A DNA stretch of 60,000 bases from positions 33,916,001 through 33,976,000 of the forward strand of contig CM052818.1 in the NCBI GenBank assembly GCA_028534125.1. The letters run 5' to 3'. Each line of letters starts with the position of its first letter. Position 1 is the stretch's first letter. A model generated the notes under the pieces. It had not been told where the DNA came from. It made no database searches and saw nothing but the letters and a program-made list of their open reading frames with translations. Position numbers and translations under genes: made by a program. Of this stretch, positions 24,912 to 37,600 are shown in pieces. Origin of the DNA: Lama glama (lineage: Eukaryota).

Positions 24912-25789
24912 GATCTGGGTCAGAACAGAAGAAGCATCTGTGAGAACTTCCACAGGTGGGGCCGCAGAGAAATGAACTTCCACTGACTGGAAACTCACCA
25001 CCTTCAGGGGCTGGGCAGATAAGTGACTACAGTGGACAAGTATAAGACAACAGTGAGTGAGACCTGTGACTAGCAGGAGAGTGCTGGTGACCAGAAAAGA
25101 CATTCAAATTCAGATTTTAAAGAGGAAACATCTTCTCCTCACATGTCCTAGTGTCCTTCAGATACACAGACCTCCAGACATCCCATATTCTACAGAAGGG
25201 AAGCAAGGGGAGGTCTAAACCCTGGGAAAAGACTGATCTTGTCCAGAGCTATTAGTACCTTGAATAAACAGCCCAGAGCTTGTTCTGGTTCCTTGCTGGG
25301 TTTGAAAGTCCAGCAGGGCCCCAGCCTCTTTATAGACTGGGTCAAGAATTCGGGAGGTCCTCAATTTCCAAGGAAGAAACAAGTCAGACCAAATCCTGAG
25401 CCGTCTAAAGAAGTCAGATGTCCAAAAGCCCGGCCAGAAAGCAGTGCCTGCACTAGACCAGAGACTTTCTTCCTCCTAGTCCCCCCTCAAACCATCCCAC
25501 CCCAGCCCCTCGGGGAGAACAGAGGGATGAGACAAGGGATAAAGGAGGAAGTGGAAAACGGGAGCTGTGGGGCAGACCAAAGAGGGAACTGCGAGTGGAC
25601 CCCAGAGAGTTGGGGAGAGCTTGAGAGGCTGTGACCTCGGAGAATCAAGCCAACAAGCTCAGAAGGGAATGCTCTAGTTCCCCAGGTCCCTCTGGCTCTG
25701 TGTGGAGCCTCCACCCAGCCTGGTGTCTACCTCGAAGTCGTTCTCTTCAGCCTCAGAAGCCTCAGACAACCTCCATCAAGGTGCCAAAC

Positions 25790-26100
25790 TTCACACGGCC
25801 CGTGGTCCAGCGGCCGGCTGCGCTTGCGCACTGTGTCGCCACTCCAGGTCGCTTTTTGGCGCTGCCGGAAGGTTTGGGAGGTGAGGCTACATCGGCCCTG
25901 GGACTTATTTCACTCGGGGCACGCATGAGCGTAGGGATCTACCTGACTCCAGCCGCTAAGGGCTGCGAAGCGTTGGTTCCTACACCCTGGGGTGTAGCCT
26001 CCCGGGGATATCCCTTCTCCGGTAGGAGAGGACTCATCCTGATTAGGGTCAGGGTTCATCCACTCACTTACGGAAAGATAACAGCGCTTGCAGACCGTGG
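25790..26100. promoter_or_regulatory. Small CpG-enriched promoter-like region upstream of the DNAJC5G CDS
   Basis: NRF1-like TGCGCTTGCGCA 25819-25830, ETS CCGGAAG 25865-25871, local CpG enrichment, and splice donors on both strands. Confidence 0.5.
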
Positions 26101-27608
26101 CTGTGTAAGAGGTATGGTTGCTGCAAACCTTTCTCAAGAGGTATATTCTCTCCCCAGTCTTCTTTTTCAGCATTTAGGTGTCTCCACTTGGTCCTCTTTT
26201 CCCTTCCGCCTGCAAACTCCTAACCATGCTTTAAGACCTGCATCATATGTCAGTATTCCTAGAAATCTTTCCTTCATTCCCTCAGTTGTTCCCACCTTGC
26301 TCTGTAAAAGCATTTATCCTAATAATTACATACTGTAGTTATTAGTTTCTTTATATGTTACCTTAAAATCTCTTGAGCGTTTCCAATCGTCATTACTGTT
26401 CTTCAGAAGCTTCCTTTGAATATGATTTCATTGTGAGGATGTACCATAATGTAATTATATAATCCAGATTGGATAGTTGTTTCTATCATTTGATAGTGTA
26501 ACGACCTTATTATGAAAATTCTTGTATATTAATCTTTAAATAAATCTTTGTTTTTCCTTTAGGGTAGATTCCTGGAAATGGAATTACAGGGTCAAAGCGA
26601 ATTTTTTTGAGGCTTTTAATCCATATTGCTAACTTTCTAGAAAGAAAAGTTAGCAAAAGTACCAGTTGGCCTCCCTAACCAATTTACATGCCACCTACAG
26701 GGAATGAGCTCACCTACCTCTACTTGGCCTCACCCCCTGTGATCTCCTACAGGAGGTTTGCACCACTTACAATTTACCACTTCATGATGTTGGTTTTCTT
26801 CACAAAGAAGCACTCAGTGTCTCCTATAACATGCAATTGAAAGAGCTTTATTGTTTCGTCCTCACTCTGTTACTCCTCTTGTGGCTTTTATTATCTCTTC
26901 CCTTTATTACAGTTACTTGTGCACATTTACCTCCCCTTCTAGGTTTTTGGTTGTAAATCAATACTGCACCCCAAAGATGTGAACCATCTGAGCAAACTAA
27001 CTGAGGAGTCCATGTGCAACAGGTACAGTGACCACTGTGTTGGTTTATGTCCGTAGATCTGTGATCAGTATAGGGTTGGGGATGAAAATCGGTGGCATCA
27101 CTCATCCAGTTCATAGGTTCTGGGTTAGATGAGTTGTGAGGTTTGTCATCTAAAGGAGCTAAAGCTGACAATTTTTTGATGGTTTGTACTAGGCCAGATT
27201 TCTCTAACTGACCTCCAGCCTTTTGTCACCATTGTGGAATGACAGAACTAGCAGAACACCCTGAGTCATTTCTTCACTAGCCCTGGGAAGAGAGCAGAAG
27301 GCATGGGAAGTGTAGCACACGTACAGTGAGCTCCTTAGCTCAGTCTGCAGGCCCAGCGTGGTCCTCTCACTCCAGCTTTATTGAGTACTGCTGTCTTGCT
27401 TGCTCTGGTCTCTGCTGCACTGCTTCTCTGTCAGTTCTCTGAAGACACCATGTTCCCTATCACTCCTCTGCCTGGAAGACCCCTCCCCAGGCTACTGGCG
27501 TGGCCAACTTCTCATCTATGTGGCTCTCAGTTTTGTGTCAGAATGTCTTTCTAAATTGAGTTCTACTCCTCTCTCCCCATCTCCTAACACCCTCACCATG
27601 ATTTGTGA

Positions 27609-27658
<50 letters not shown>
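27609..27658. repeat. (AT)n microsatellite
   Basis: About 25 AT units with one C interruption. Confidence 0.95.
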
Positions 27659-27661
<3 letters not shown>

Positions 27662-29064
27662 TGTTGATTTGTTTCAGGTCTGCCTTCACCAGTAGACAGT
27701 CAACTCCATGAGGGCAGGGACCCTGTATGTTTGTTTGCCATTGTACCTCCAGCATGGAGAACCATGCCTGGCTCACAGGAAGTGAATTAATGATTTGCTG
27801 TGTGAGCTATAGCAGAGGGAGCCCTCTGCTGGTCCAATGGAGGCCCAGTGTTTGCGCCGTAACAACGATTCCCTGGGACAGAAGCACTTCGCTGGGGCAT
27901 TGGACAGGACTACAGAGCCCCTCTTTCCTCATGCGGTCCTAGACAAGAAGAGACACAAGGGGCCAAGAAGACAGAAGGCGCTAGGGGAGATAGTAATGGC
28001 AATTCTGAGCTCCTTGTGTCTTGTTTGTCTTAGTTTTCCTCCAGTTCCTAACACAGTTCCTGCAATAGTGTAGGTACTCAATAAATGTTGGTTGGTTTAA
28101 TCAACAAGCACACTTTTGTGTATGTACTGTTTCAGAAGCACTTTAACCTAAATGTCTCCTTCGATCCTCACCACAACCCTGGAAGGTGGTGTGATCACAT
28201 CCCTGCTTTATAGAAGTGAGCCAAAAACGAAGAGAGGGCAAATTAGTTTCTGAGAAGAGTTAGTAAACATCTTTCACATCTTGCCAGAGGCTCCAGAATG
28301 CTATTACTTCTTATCGCTGCCCTCTGACATTCTAATTAATTCTAATCATAGTTCGTGGCTCTTGAAATAGCCATTATCTTTGAGTCTTCTGAGCCTCTGC
28401 TCTGAAACAAATGGCAGGGCAGCCAGCAGGTTGCGGAGATGGGAACAGAGCAGGCAGGTCGGCCTGGCTTCCTCTGGCAGAGGCCCTCCACTTGGCCTTC
28501 ACCTAGAAACAGACCCCTTTTGACTCCATTTTCTATGCACAAGTTCTCTTCTGACACCTAGCACAGAACTGGGAAGAGTACACAAGCCAGGAGGTGGAAG
28601 CCCTAGTTCTTAGTTTCAGCTCTGGGTTTTAACAGGCTGTGTGATCTTAGACAAGTCACTTAATCTCTGAGTCTCTTTTCCCTCTTCTGTAAAATCCTGT
28701 GTCATTTCACAGGGTTGAGGTCAAGATTAAATTAAATTTGGTTGTGAAAATAATGGGAAAAAATGAAAATAACCATGCTAAAGAATGATTACAGACTAAA
28801 ATCTTTTCTGGAATCATTTGCCCTCCCGCCATACCTTAAGTCAGTGATCTCAGTGTTTACCACCTCACAGAGCCATTTGGTCTCTCCTAGAGAAAACCAA
28901 GAAGCATCCCTTATTTACCCACAAACAACTAAAGTTTTAGTCATATAACTGGAATATACACATACAGACAGCAGACATTGGCATATTTATACCCAAAATA
29001 TCATGCTCTCAAACATATGCAGTGGGAGAGAGGGATCATAATTTGTCATACCCAACTACCAGGT

Positions 29065-29250
29065 TCTAGAATTGTACAGTTTTTGAGCTGGAAGGGACCT
29101 CAGAGACTTCACTCTTATCCAGTGTCTTCATTTTGTAATTGGGAAAAGTGTGACCCAGAGAGAAGGATTAACCTGCCCAAGGTCAGCCAGTAGGGTCTAG
29201 ACTTAAGTCTTCTGACTCCAGGTTCAGTGTCTATACCCTGACTGCTCCTT
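29065..29250 (-). mobile_element. MIR SINE
   Basis: GCTGGAAGGGACCTCAGAGA..TCATTTTGTAATTGGGAAAAGTGTGACCCAGAGAGAAGGATTAACCTGCCCAAGGTCA. Confidence 0.7.
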
Positions 29251-31019
29251 ATACACACCAGCTCCCTTCCCATTTTAAAATCTAGGTGTAGAGACAGACC
29301 AAAGCTGTAGTTGATATTCACCTCCTTTCTTGGTGATGTCAGGTAATGTCCTGCTTTCCCTTGCCTCAGTTGAAGGCATACATACTACACGTGACTAAAA
29401 ACACCTCCGGCCCAGTTTGTTGGCCCGTCCTCCCCAGGGCAGACGTCTCGTGGTGGGAGGTGGCGGGCTTCCAGCTAGAGAGGCGGCTCTATACTCCTAG
29501 CCTCTCTGCCCTGCGACCCCAGACTCTGCAGACCTAACAGGGCACACCTGCCTTATCTGTAAAATGGAGATAATAGGCTCTGCCTCTTAGGGTTGTTAGG
29601 AGGATGAAATGTTTAATTTGAACAGTGCTTGGTACGTGATAAGTGCTATGTCATCATAATCACCATTGTCATCACTCTTTCTGTCCTGTCTCCTCCCAAT
29701 TTAGTGAAGAGAAAAATTGCTTTCCATCCTGTCTCTGGAAAGAAGGGGTAAATCAGGATCCTCCCTCTAAGAAGATTTGGAAATTGTCATTGGAATCCTT
29801 CTATCCCCTTTCTACATCCTTTCATGAGCCTCTTAGAACCCCATTATCTCATTCCTCTACCCAGTGCCCTCATGCTGCCCTCTGGCTACCCATAATACCA
29901 CCCACAGTGTTCTCTGAGCAGCAGAACTCCAAAATTACCTTCCTCACGTCCTCTCCTTTCAACATTTCTAATAAAAAAGATTAACCTCCATAAAATGATC
30001 TCATCCCTAAGGGTTAGGTGGAAAGCAGTCTGATTAAAACACCGTAATTCAGCTTATAGTGAGAATGACTATTAATACCTCACCCTTTTAATTCTTACAC
30101 AAAAGGAATAACTGGCAGAATTTTAGGCAGTATGACTAAATGAAGTGAAAATAACAGGCTATGTTTTGGGAGGAGACTTTGGGCCTTAAATCACTTCTCT
30201 CCTTTCTGTTCAGCTCCACCAGTTTTACATCTTTTCAAGTCTGTGGCTCTGCATTGTTCTGATTCTCCTCCTCCATCTCTGGTAAGTTTCCTGTGCCCCT
30301 TGCTGGCTCCTCTCCCTTTCACTTCCTGATTGTGGATATTCTTCTATGAGTTGGTCTTTAAGCTTCTGCTGTCTCCTCTCTACTTCAGAGACGCAGCCTA
30401 TAGGCAAGGCTTCAGCTGGCACAACTCTGCTTTAGCTCAGTTTAGTGTCATCCATATGCCAGTCTCCCAGTACCTCAAAACCAGGCTCATGACCTTGCCC
30501 GCAAACTGGTTGTATCCCTTGCTTTCTCTATGTACATTAATGTTATGACTGTTTCCAAGGTAGTGCTGCTCAAAAGCCCAACATCAGTGGGCTTTGGACT
30601 CGTTATTTCCCCCAAATTCAGGCCAGAAAGTCTTATTAATTTCTTTTCTCAAAATTACTGTTTCACTTGTCCCTTCTTTTCAGCTCCCATGGCCTTGAAG
30701 CACCTCAGTTAAAAAGATTTTCATGATGCTTGCTTAACTGCCCGTCTCATCCTGGATACTGCTGCCAGATCAGTATTCATACAGCAATGTTCCCATCATT
30801 CCCACTTCTTTGCTCATAGCCTGCAGGATGCAAAACAACCCTTTAAATCTGGCAATGAACTCTACAACTTCATACCTCCAAACACATTGTCTCCTATTGC
30901 CATCCAGTAAATCTTCCATAATGATCAGTCTTTTTTTTCCCTTCTAAGTTTTCCTGTTCTTTCTCACCTCTATACCATTGCCCTTGCACCATTTTCCCTC
31001 ATGAATTATCCTTTTAATC

Positions 31020-33140
31020 TATTCACTTATTCAACAGATATCTATTAAGCATTGCTATATGCCTGGTATCTTGGATACAATGACAATTGACTCTCATAGA
31101 TGATAGCTTAAATGTGGAAGACAGACATTCATTAATATCGTCAGGTGCTAGCATGTGCCAGGCACTGTTCTAGGTGCTGGGGATATAGCAGCATAAAAAA
31201 TAGACAAAAATTTCTGCTATCATGGAGCTTTTTTGTGAGAGGACACAGATAGTAAATAAAATAAGTAAAATATACAGTACATTAGGTGATAAAAATTGCT
31301 ATGGAGAAACATAAAGCAGGAGATGGAGATGGAAAATTTTTAAGAGAAGACTGCCATTTTTAAAAGGATAAGCAGAGAGGGCCCACCACCAGAGAAGGTG
31401 CTATTTGAGTTGAGACCTGAAGCAGGTCCTCAGGTGAGTCGTGAAGACATCTGGCAAAGTGTATTATAGGTGAAGAAATGAGTAAATGCAAAGGCCCTGG
31501 GGTGGGAGCATACCTGGTGTGTTGCAGGACACCTAAAGGCCAGAGTGGCTGGGGACTGAGGTGGGAGGAGTGTGAAGTGAGATCAGAAGGGGCTGGGTTG
31601 CATTAGACTTTGCAGGCCCGTGGAAGGACTTTGGCTGATACTGAGATGGGGAGTGATGAGATCTGGCCTAGTTGCCTAGCCTGGATTGAGGATAGACTAT
31701 AGTGCAGCAAGTGTAGAAAAAGGAAGACAACCTAGGAGGCTACTGCAATAATCAAGAAGGCAGACGACAGGGGCTGGACAAAGGTGGGAGCAGGATTTGC
31801 TGACAGGCTGGATGTGGGGTAAAAATAGAGAAGTCAAGGATGATGCTGAGGTCTCTAGTCTGAGCAAATGGAAGGATATAGTTACCATGTTCTGACGTGG
31901 GAGGACTGCTGGAAGAGGAGTTTTGGGATGGAGGTGACAATCAGGAGCTTAGTTTTAGATGAAGCTTGAGATGCCTAGTAGACATTAAAGAGGAGAGGTC
32001 AAACTGATACTTGGGTATACAAATTTGGAGTTCAAGTGAGAGATCTGGGAATCACTGTCATCTAAGATGCCATTAATTTTTTTAGTTTCCTTTTAATAGA
32101 AAATTTCATACACATACAAAAACTGAATAGTCCAATGATCCCCCACGTACTCATCACCCAGCTTCAACAATCATTGCTTTCTGCCGTTTCCAGATAGTAC
32201 TTAGAGCCTTGAGACTGGATGATATCTCCATGGGAGTGAGTGTAGAAAGGTGAGAGAAGAGGGTGCCTGAGTCCTGGACTATGCCAGCATTAAAACATGG
32301 GGCAGATGAGGAGGAACCAAAAAAGGAAACTGAAAATAAGCAGTCAGTGAAATAGGAGGAAAACCAGATTATGGTATCCTGGAAGCCAAGTGAAGAAACA
32401 AAGAATCCCCAAGTAGCAATTTTTAAAATTTGCATCCTTTTTTTTGCATTCTTTTTTAATTGAAGTCTAGTCAGTCTACAATGTTGTGTCAATTTCTGGT
32501 GTACAGCATAATGTTTCAGTTATATATATACATACATATATTCCTTTTCATATTCTTTTTCATTATAGGTTACCACAAGATAGTGAATATAGTTCCCTGT
32601 GCTATACAGTATAAACTTGTTTATCTGTTTTATATATAGTAGTTAGTATCTGCAAATCTCAAACTCCCAATTTATCCCTTCCCATCCCCTTTACCCCCTG
32701 GTAACCATAAATTTGTTCTCTATGTCTGTGAGTCTGTTTCTGTTTTGTAGAGAAGTTCATTGTGTCCTTTTTTTAAGATTCCACATATAAGCAATATCAT
32801 ATGGCATTTTTCTTTCTTTTTCTGGCTTACTTCACTTAGAATGACAATCTCCAGGTCCATCCATGTTGCTGCAAATGGCATTATTTTATTCTTTTTTATG
32901 GCTGAGTAGTATTCCATTGTGTATATTTACCACATTTTCTTTTTCCATTCACCTGTCCGTGGACATTTAGGTTGTTTCCATGTCCTGGCTATTGTAAATA
33001 GCAATTCAATTACAGTATGTTAAGTGCTGAGGAAGATAAAGAAGTGTGCAATGAGAATGTATATCATGCACTAGCCTGGTTTAGGGGGTCAGGGAAGGCT
33101 TCCCTGGGGAGGTGACATTTAAACTGCAGCCCTCCCTCAT
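31020..33140 (-). mobile_element. L2 LINE remnant(s), interrupted by a young L1
   Basis: ATTCACTTATTCAACAGATATCTATTAAGC, TGTGCCAGGCACTGTTCTAGGTGCTGGGGATATAGCAG, GCAAAGGCCCTGGGGTGGGAG and other L2-typical motifs. Confidence 0.75.
32422..33000 (-). mobile_element. Young 5'-truncated L1 (3' UTR plus end of ORF2)
   Basis: The - strand encodes MEYYSAIKKNKIMPFAATWMDLEIVILSEVSQ (L1 ORF2 C-terminus); T-rich tail at the left end; TAGCAATT repeated on both sides (32414-32421, 32999-33006). Confidence 0.92.
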
Positions 33141-34229
33141 CCTTTCTAACTTTGACTAAAATACTACTTCCTCCATCCTGCTTCCACTCTGACAATCAGC
33201 TCCTCCTTTCTGGGATGGCTTTATCGAGGATTATCAAGGACTTTGTATCAGGAACCACAGGGTACTGGTGACACAGTGGTGAGAAAGACAACATATGTCT
33301 TCAGGGAGCTTGTACTCTAGTGAGGAGACTGACAAGCAAACAATTTTGTTACAGAGTGGTGAGTGCTACCATCACCTAAGCACAGCGGGTCTTGAGAGCA
33401 CCGAGGAGAAGCACGTAACTCAGCCTGGGGGAAGTCAGGAAAGGTTTTCTGTGGTTAACACCTCTGCATGTACCCTTCAGCCTTGCTTGGACCTTTTAAG
33501 TGTTAACCCTTGCCCACATGCTTGGATCCCAAATCTTGCCTGAGATCTCCAGCCCAGCCTAAATCACCACTGGGCTTTGCTTTCCTTCTCTCCAAATATG
33601 TATTTGTTGAGCCTGGGTCCCTCTGAAGCCCCTTTCCGACCTGCTCTGTCACCCTCTGCTCTGGAAGCTGGCACTGACCTGTCCTCCCAGGAACATCCAG
33701 GGCTTCCTGCCTCCATAACACCTTTGGGACTAAGAGGGGCCCAGGGACTCACCTTAGGGAAAATTGGTATCTGAGAAAGGAGCATGTGGGTAAACCATTA
33801 ACCCAAAACTGCAGAACAGAAATTTCTTGCAATGAAGTTAAAGCCAGGAGGGGAGAGAACACATCTATCTTATGCACCAGGAATCCCCAGCTAGGATAGC
33901 AAGGTGCGTGGCAGGAAATAAGAGCTCAGTAAATGTTGAATGAATTGTTCTTAGAAGACTAGAGTTCCATATAGAGCACCAGCCCTAAGCTGCCCTTTTA
34001 ACATCTGCACAATTTTCCTGGCTCCTATCAGGTGCAGAATGCCTTCCTCAGACCTGGCATTCAAGAGGACCCTTTGCAAAGATTTTCTTAGGGCCACTTG
34101 ATGGTTCTTTGAGAAACAGGTGCAGTCTGTCTGTTTCACTGCCAGGCTTTTCTTGCATTAATTTCCAAGCAAAAGGAACTGTTGGTATTCTCGCCAGTGC
34201 TCTCAGCACGTTCCAAGGCCAGGGAACCG

Positions 34230-35200
34230 AGGCAAACGGCAGCCCTTTTTATCTACCTGCTCCGACGCCCGTTTCCCTTCCCTGCTTTCTCACTCTCTGC
34301 CCAGGGGTGGTGGCGGGGCAGCACGTGCCAGCGTCTGCGCCCCCTCTCGGGCACCCGGCGCTGCCGCCCGTGCGCCACCGGCTGCCAAGGAAGGGAAATC
34401 CCGGAGGAAGCCATTGTTGTTATTATCACGTCCCCTGTTGTCGTCATCGGCTGAGGCGTGCCTAGAAGCTCCTTTCCCGCATAGGGCCCCGCAGTTTCTG
34501 CCCATTTTCGAGGTCGCCCGCCCGGGCGGCTTCGGGCGAGGCTACCGCATCGAGCCCTGGATTGAGTGGTGGCCCTCGCGTCCCAGCTCCAAAGCTCTCA
34601 GAACTGGCAAAGCCTCAGGCCCGGTGCGGAGCTTCGAAAACCGACGGCACCAGGCAGGACGTGACCCAGGCCCTGGCATCGGCGAGCGGGGACATGAATT
34701 CCACCCCGGCTCTGAGACGGACCAACAAGGTGACCTTAGCCCGGCTAGTGGCTTCCCCTCTCGCCGCTTCAGTTTGTCACCCTAAAACCCAAGGAAAGAG
34801 CTGAGGCCCCAAGCCACTAGAGGAGGTTGGAGGACGAAAGCCACCCCCTCATCCTCTCTCTCTAGCCCCACGTGGACTTGGGGCTAGGCCTTGGGCGGGG
34901 AGTTGTGGGGAGCGTGCGGAGAAGAGGCTGGAGTCGGCTCCGAGCAGGGCGTGGGTGGAGGCGCGGCGCCGAGGGCGCGCGCAGACCCTTTCGTTCTTCC
35001 GTTCCGCACCGCTACCCCGCGCAGAACGATCCCTTAGCACACGCCGCCCGCAAACCTTGGCATCAGCCGCACTCTCCCCCGCCAGAACAGCCAGCCCGCC
35101 GCCCAGCTTGCCTAATCCGTTCAAGCCTTACCTCCTCCGCGAAGCTCTCCCGGGTTAACCCCATCACTTCCAACAACTCTAATTGGCGCGTTCTCCAGTT
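34230..35200. other. CpG island upstream of the main SLC30A3 promoter
   Basis: Dense CpG/GC block with no recognisable coding content. Confidence 0.7.
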
Positions 35201-36149
35201 TTTTTGTTTGTTTTTGGAAGTGCACACTCAGTCTCTGTTTGGAAAAACAATGTTGGGGGTAGATGTCTATCACCAGAACCCTAAATTCATTCTGAAGGGT
35301 ATTCTGAAACTCAGGGTATTCTGAAGGGTGGGGCTGTTGGGTTTCTTGCCTTGGCTCACTAATCACTCCCACCCTCCAAGCTTTCCCATCCATGCTCACT
35401 ATTTCCCCTCCTCCTACGGACCCTCCTCTTCACAGAGTGTCACAGCTTGAAGTGCACAATCCAATCACCACCCTCTTTTCATCCCACACTGGCGGCAGGT
35501 GTGAGAGGCAGAGAACATTGAGCATTTGAAGCTTCGATTCCAGGCTCAGCCACCGACTTTGCTCTAAGTCACTCCTGCCCCTGGGGGCTTTCTTAGAACA
35601 AGGCAAAATCAGGTAATACCCGGGAAGGTGCTACAGGTTTGGAGGTAAGGAATCACCTGCCGACAAGCTGACTGCAGCCTCCCTCCATGAACTTGGGGCT
35701 TGTGACTCCAGAGAGGTGGCGCCGCTCTTCCCTCAGGCTGCCCCAGCTTCTCAGTGACAAAACTAAGGCGCGCACTCTCTCCAGTGCGGCGCCCTGAACC
35801 GGGGAGGGAGAGAGAGGATACAATTCCAGTTCCAGCACTTTACTTACTGGCCGCACGACCCTGGACCCTTCTTCTTCTGGAACTCAGTTTACTCATCCAA
35901 AAAATAGGGATAATGATGGATCGAAGGAGAGCAGGAACCTTTTGTCACTCCATGTCTCTATATAAATAAATAATAATGAGTGGTAAAGTACTCGGCAGCA
36001 GATTTTGCTCGCGAATTCCGACCCCACATCCTTCACAGAGGGGTTTCTGGCGGGAGTCCCTGTGGTTCTGGATGTGTCACACTGCTTGCCCACATTCTTT
36101 GTGGTACTCTCCTCCACACCTGTTTCTGTCTCCGTGTGAGGGGCTGGGG

Positions 36150-37600
36150 CCACGAGTGACAGGTGGCGGGGGGACGCTCCGGTGTGGACGTGCACGGGGC
36201 GGTGTCCCTTTGGCGAAGATTGGTCAGGAGGTTCCTAGGCTTGAGGAGCTCGGCTTGGAACCGGTAGGCGGGGCTTTTATGGGCGGGGCTAGACCGCCTA
36301 GGGGTGGGGCTGTGGATATCTAGAGTTCTCCAGAATCCAGCCGGGGCGCTAAGGGCTCCTGCCACCCCATCTTGACTCTGGCACCAGGAAATGGGGCTTT
36401 GGCCAGGAAGGCGAGGCTCCGGGGAAGGGGCTTAGGCGTGGGGGGGTGAGGCCGAGGAGCGTGGAGGCGGGGCTTGGGGAGCTCGCCCCACTCGGGGCGG
36501 GGCTCCAGCGGCCGCGGGATCTGCAGTTCGTACTACCCGCGCCACAGTCGCCGCAGTTCCCTCCACTCTGGTGGCCCCGCGGCCCTGCGGGGATTCCAGG
36601 GGTCGACTGGCCACTCGGACTTGGCGCGGGGCTGGCCCCTCCTCTCCCTCCATCTGTGGGGTCTAGACGGTCGGGGCCTGGGGGAAATGGAACCCTCTGC
36701 CACCACTGGGGGATCGGAGACCACTCGCCTGGTGAACCCCCGGGACCGCGGCGGCGCCGGTGGCGGCCTGCGTTTGAAGAGGTAGGACAGACCTGGGCCG
36801 GCCCTTGGCCTGGGGGCGCCACCCTCCTGTCTTCCGTCCATTTCGTTGTCTCTTTCGGCGCGGCCCCGGCAGGCGGCCCCAGCGCCCCGCGACCCCCTCG
36901 GCTTTGTGGCGCTGGGCTCTGTCCCCTTCGGCCCACAGAGACGCCCCCGGTCAGCTCAGCCAGCCCGGACCCCCACCGCTCAACAGTCTGCTCTGCCTCC
37001 TCCCGGCCACCCTATTTCTCCCGGTCCCGCGAAACAGCTCCCCGGCCGGCTCCACAAGCTTCCCGACCCCTCCGCTGTCCCCGCCGCATCAGACTTCCAG
37101 GCGAGCTACTGTCCCTCCGTCGGGCCGAAGTCTGCGCCAGGTGCCCCGATGTACGCATTGCCCTGAGGCCCTGACGATGGGAGCACCTCACCGCCCAGGC
37201 TTCGGGGCCCCAACTGCAGGCCCCCGGCCCTATCCAGAGGCCAGCTGTGGGCACCCGGGCCCAGGATGGGCCCAGGCTCCGCGGCGGGTCTTCCGGGCTT
37301 CTAGGGGGCAGGTGGCCGCGGGGAAGCGAGGGGGCGGCAAGGAAGGAGCAGGTGCGGTCTGGGCGGTGGGGGTATTCCCGGCTCTGCACAGACGGGGCCG
37401 GGGGCGGCGAGGTGTGAAATGAGGCGCGCAGAGCAGTCGGGACAGAGGGCCGGGGGCGGCCGGAGAACCGCCTCCGCATCCCGCCGGCCTCCCGCGCCGG
37501 GCGCCCGCCGGCTCTGTCCGCCTTGTCCCTCTGAGCGGCCGCGCCAGGCCCTCCCTGGCCACCTCCTCTAGCCATTTTGTCTGTTGGCCCACTGTCCGTT
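36150..37600. promoter_or_regulatory. SLC30A3: SLC30A3 promoter CpG island
   Basis: CpG-dense; ATTGG (inverted CCAAT) 36219-36223 and GC box GGGCGGGGC 36281-36289; encloses exon 1. Confidence 0.85.

Noticed and set aside
25631..26338. 235-aa ORF upstream of DNAJC5G
   Set aside because: Non-ATG start, no recognisable domain, and the 3' part runs into degraded repeat-like sequence.
36349..37592. ORFs of 187-242 aa around SLC30A3 exon 1
   Set aside because: CpG-island artefacts; only 36687-36781 matches ZnT3.
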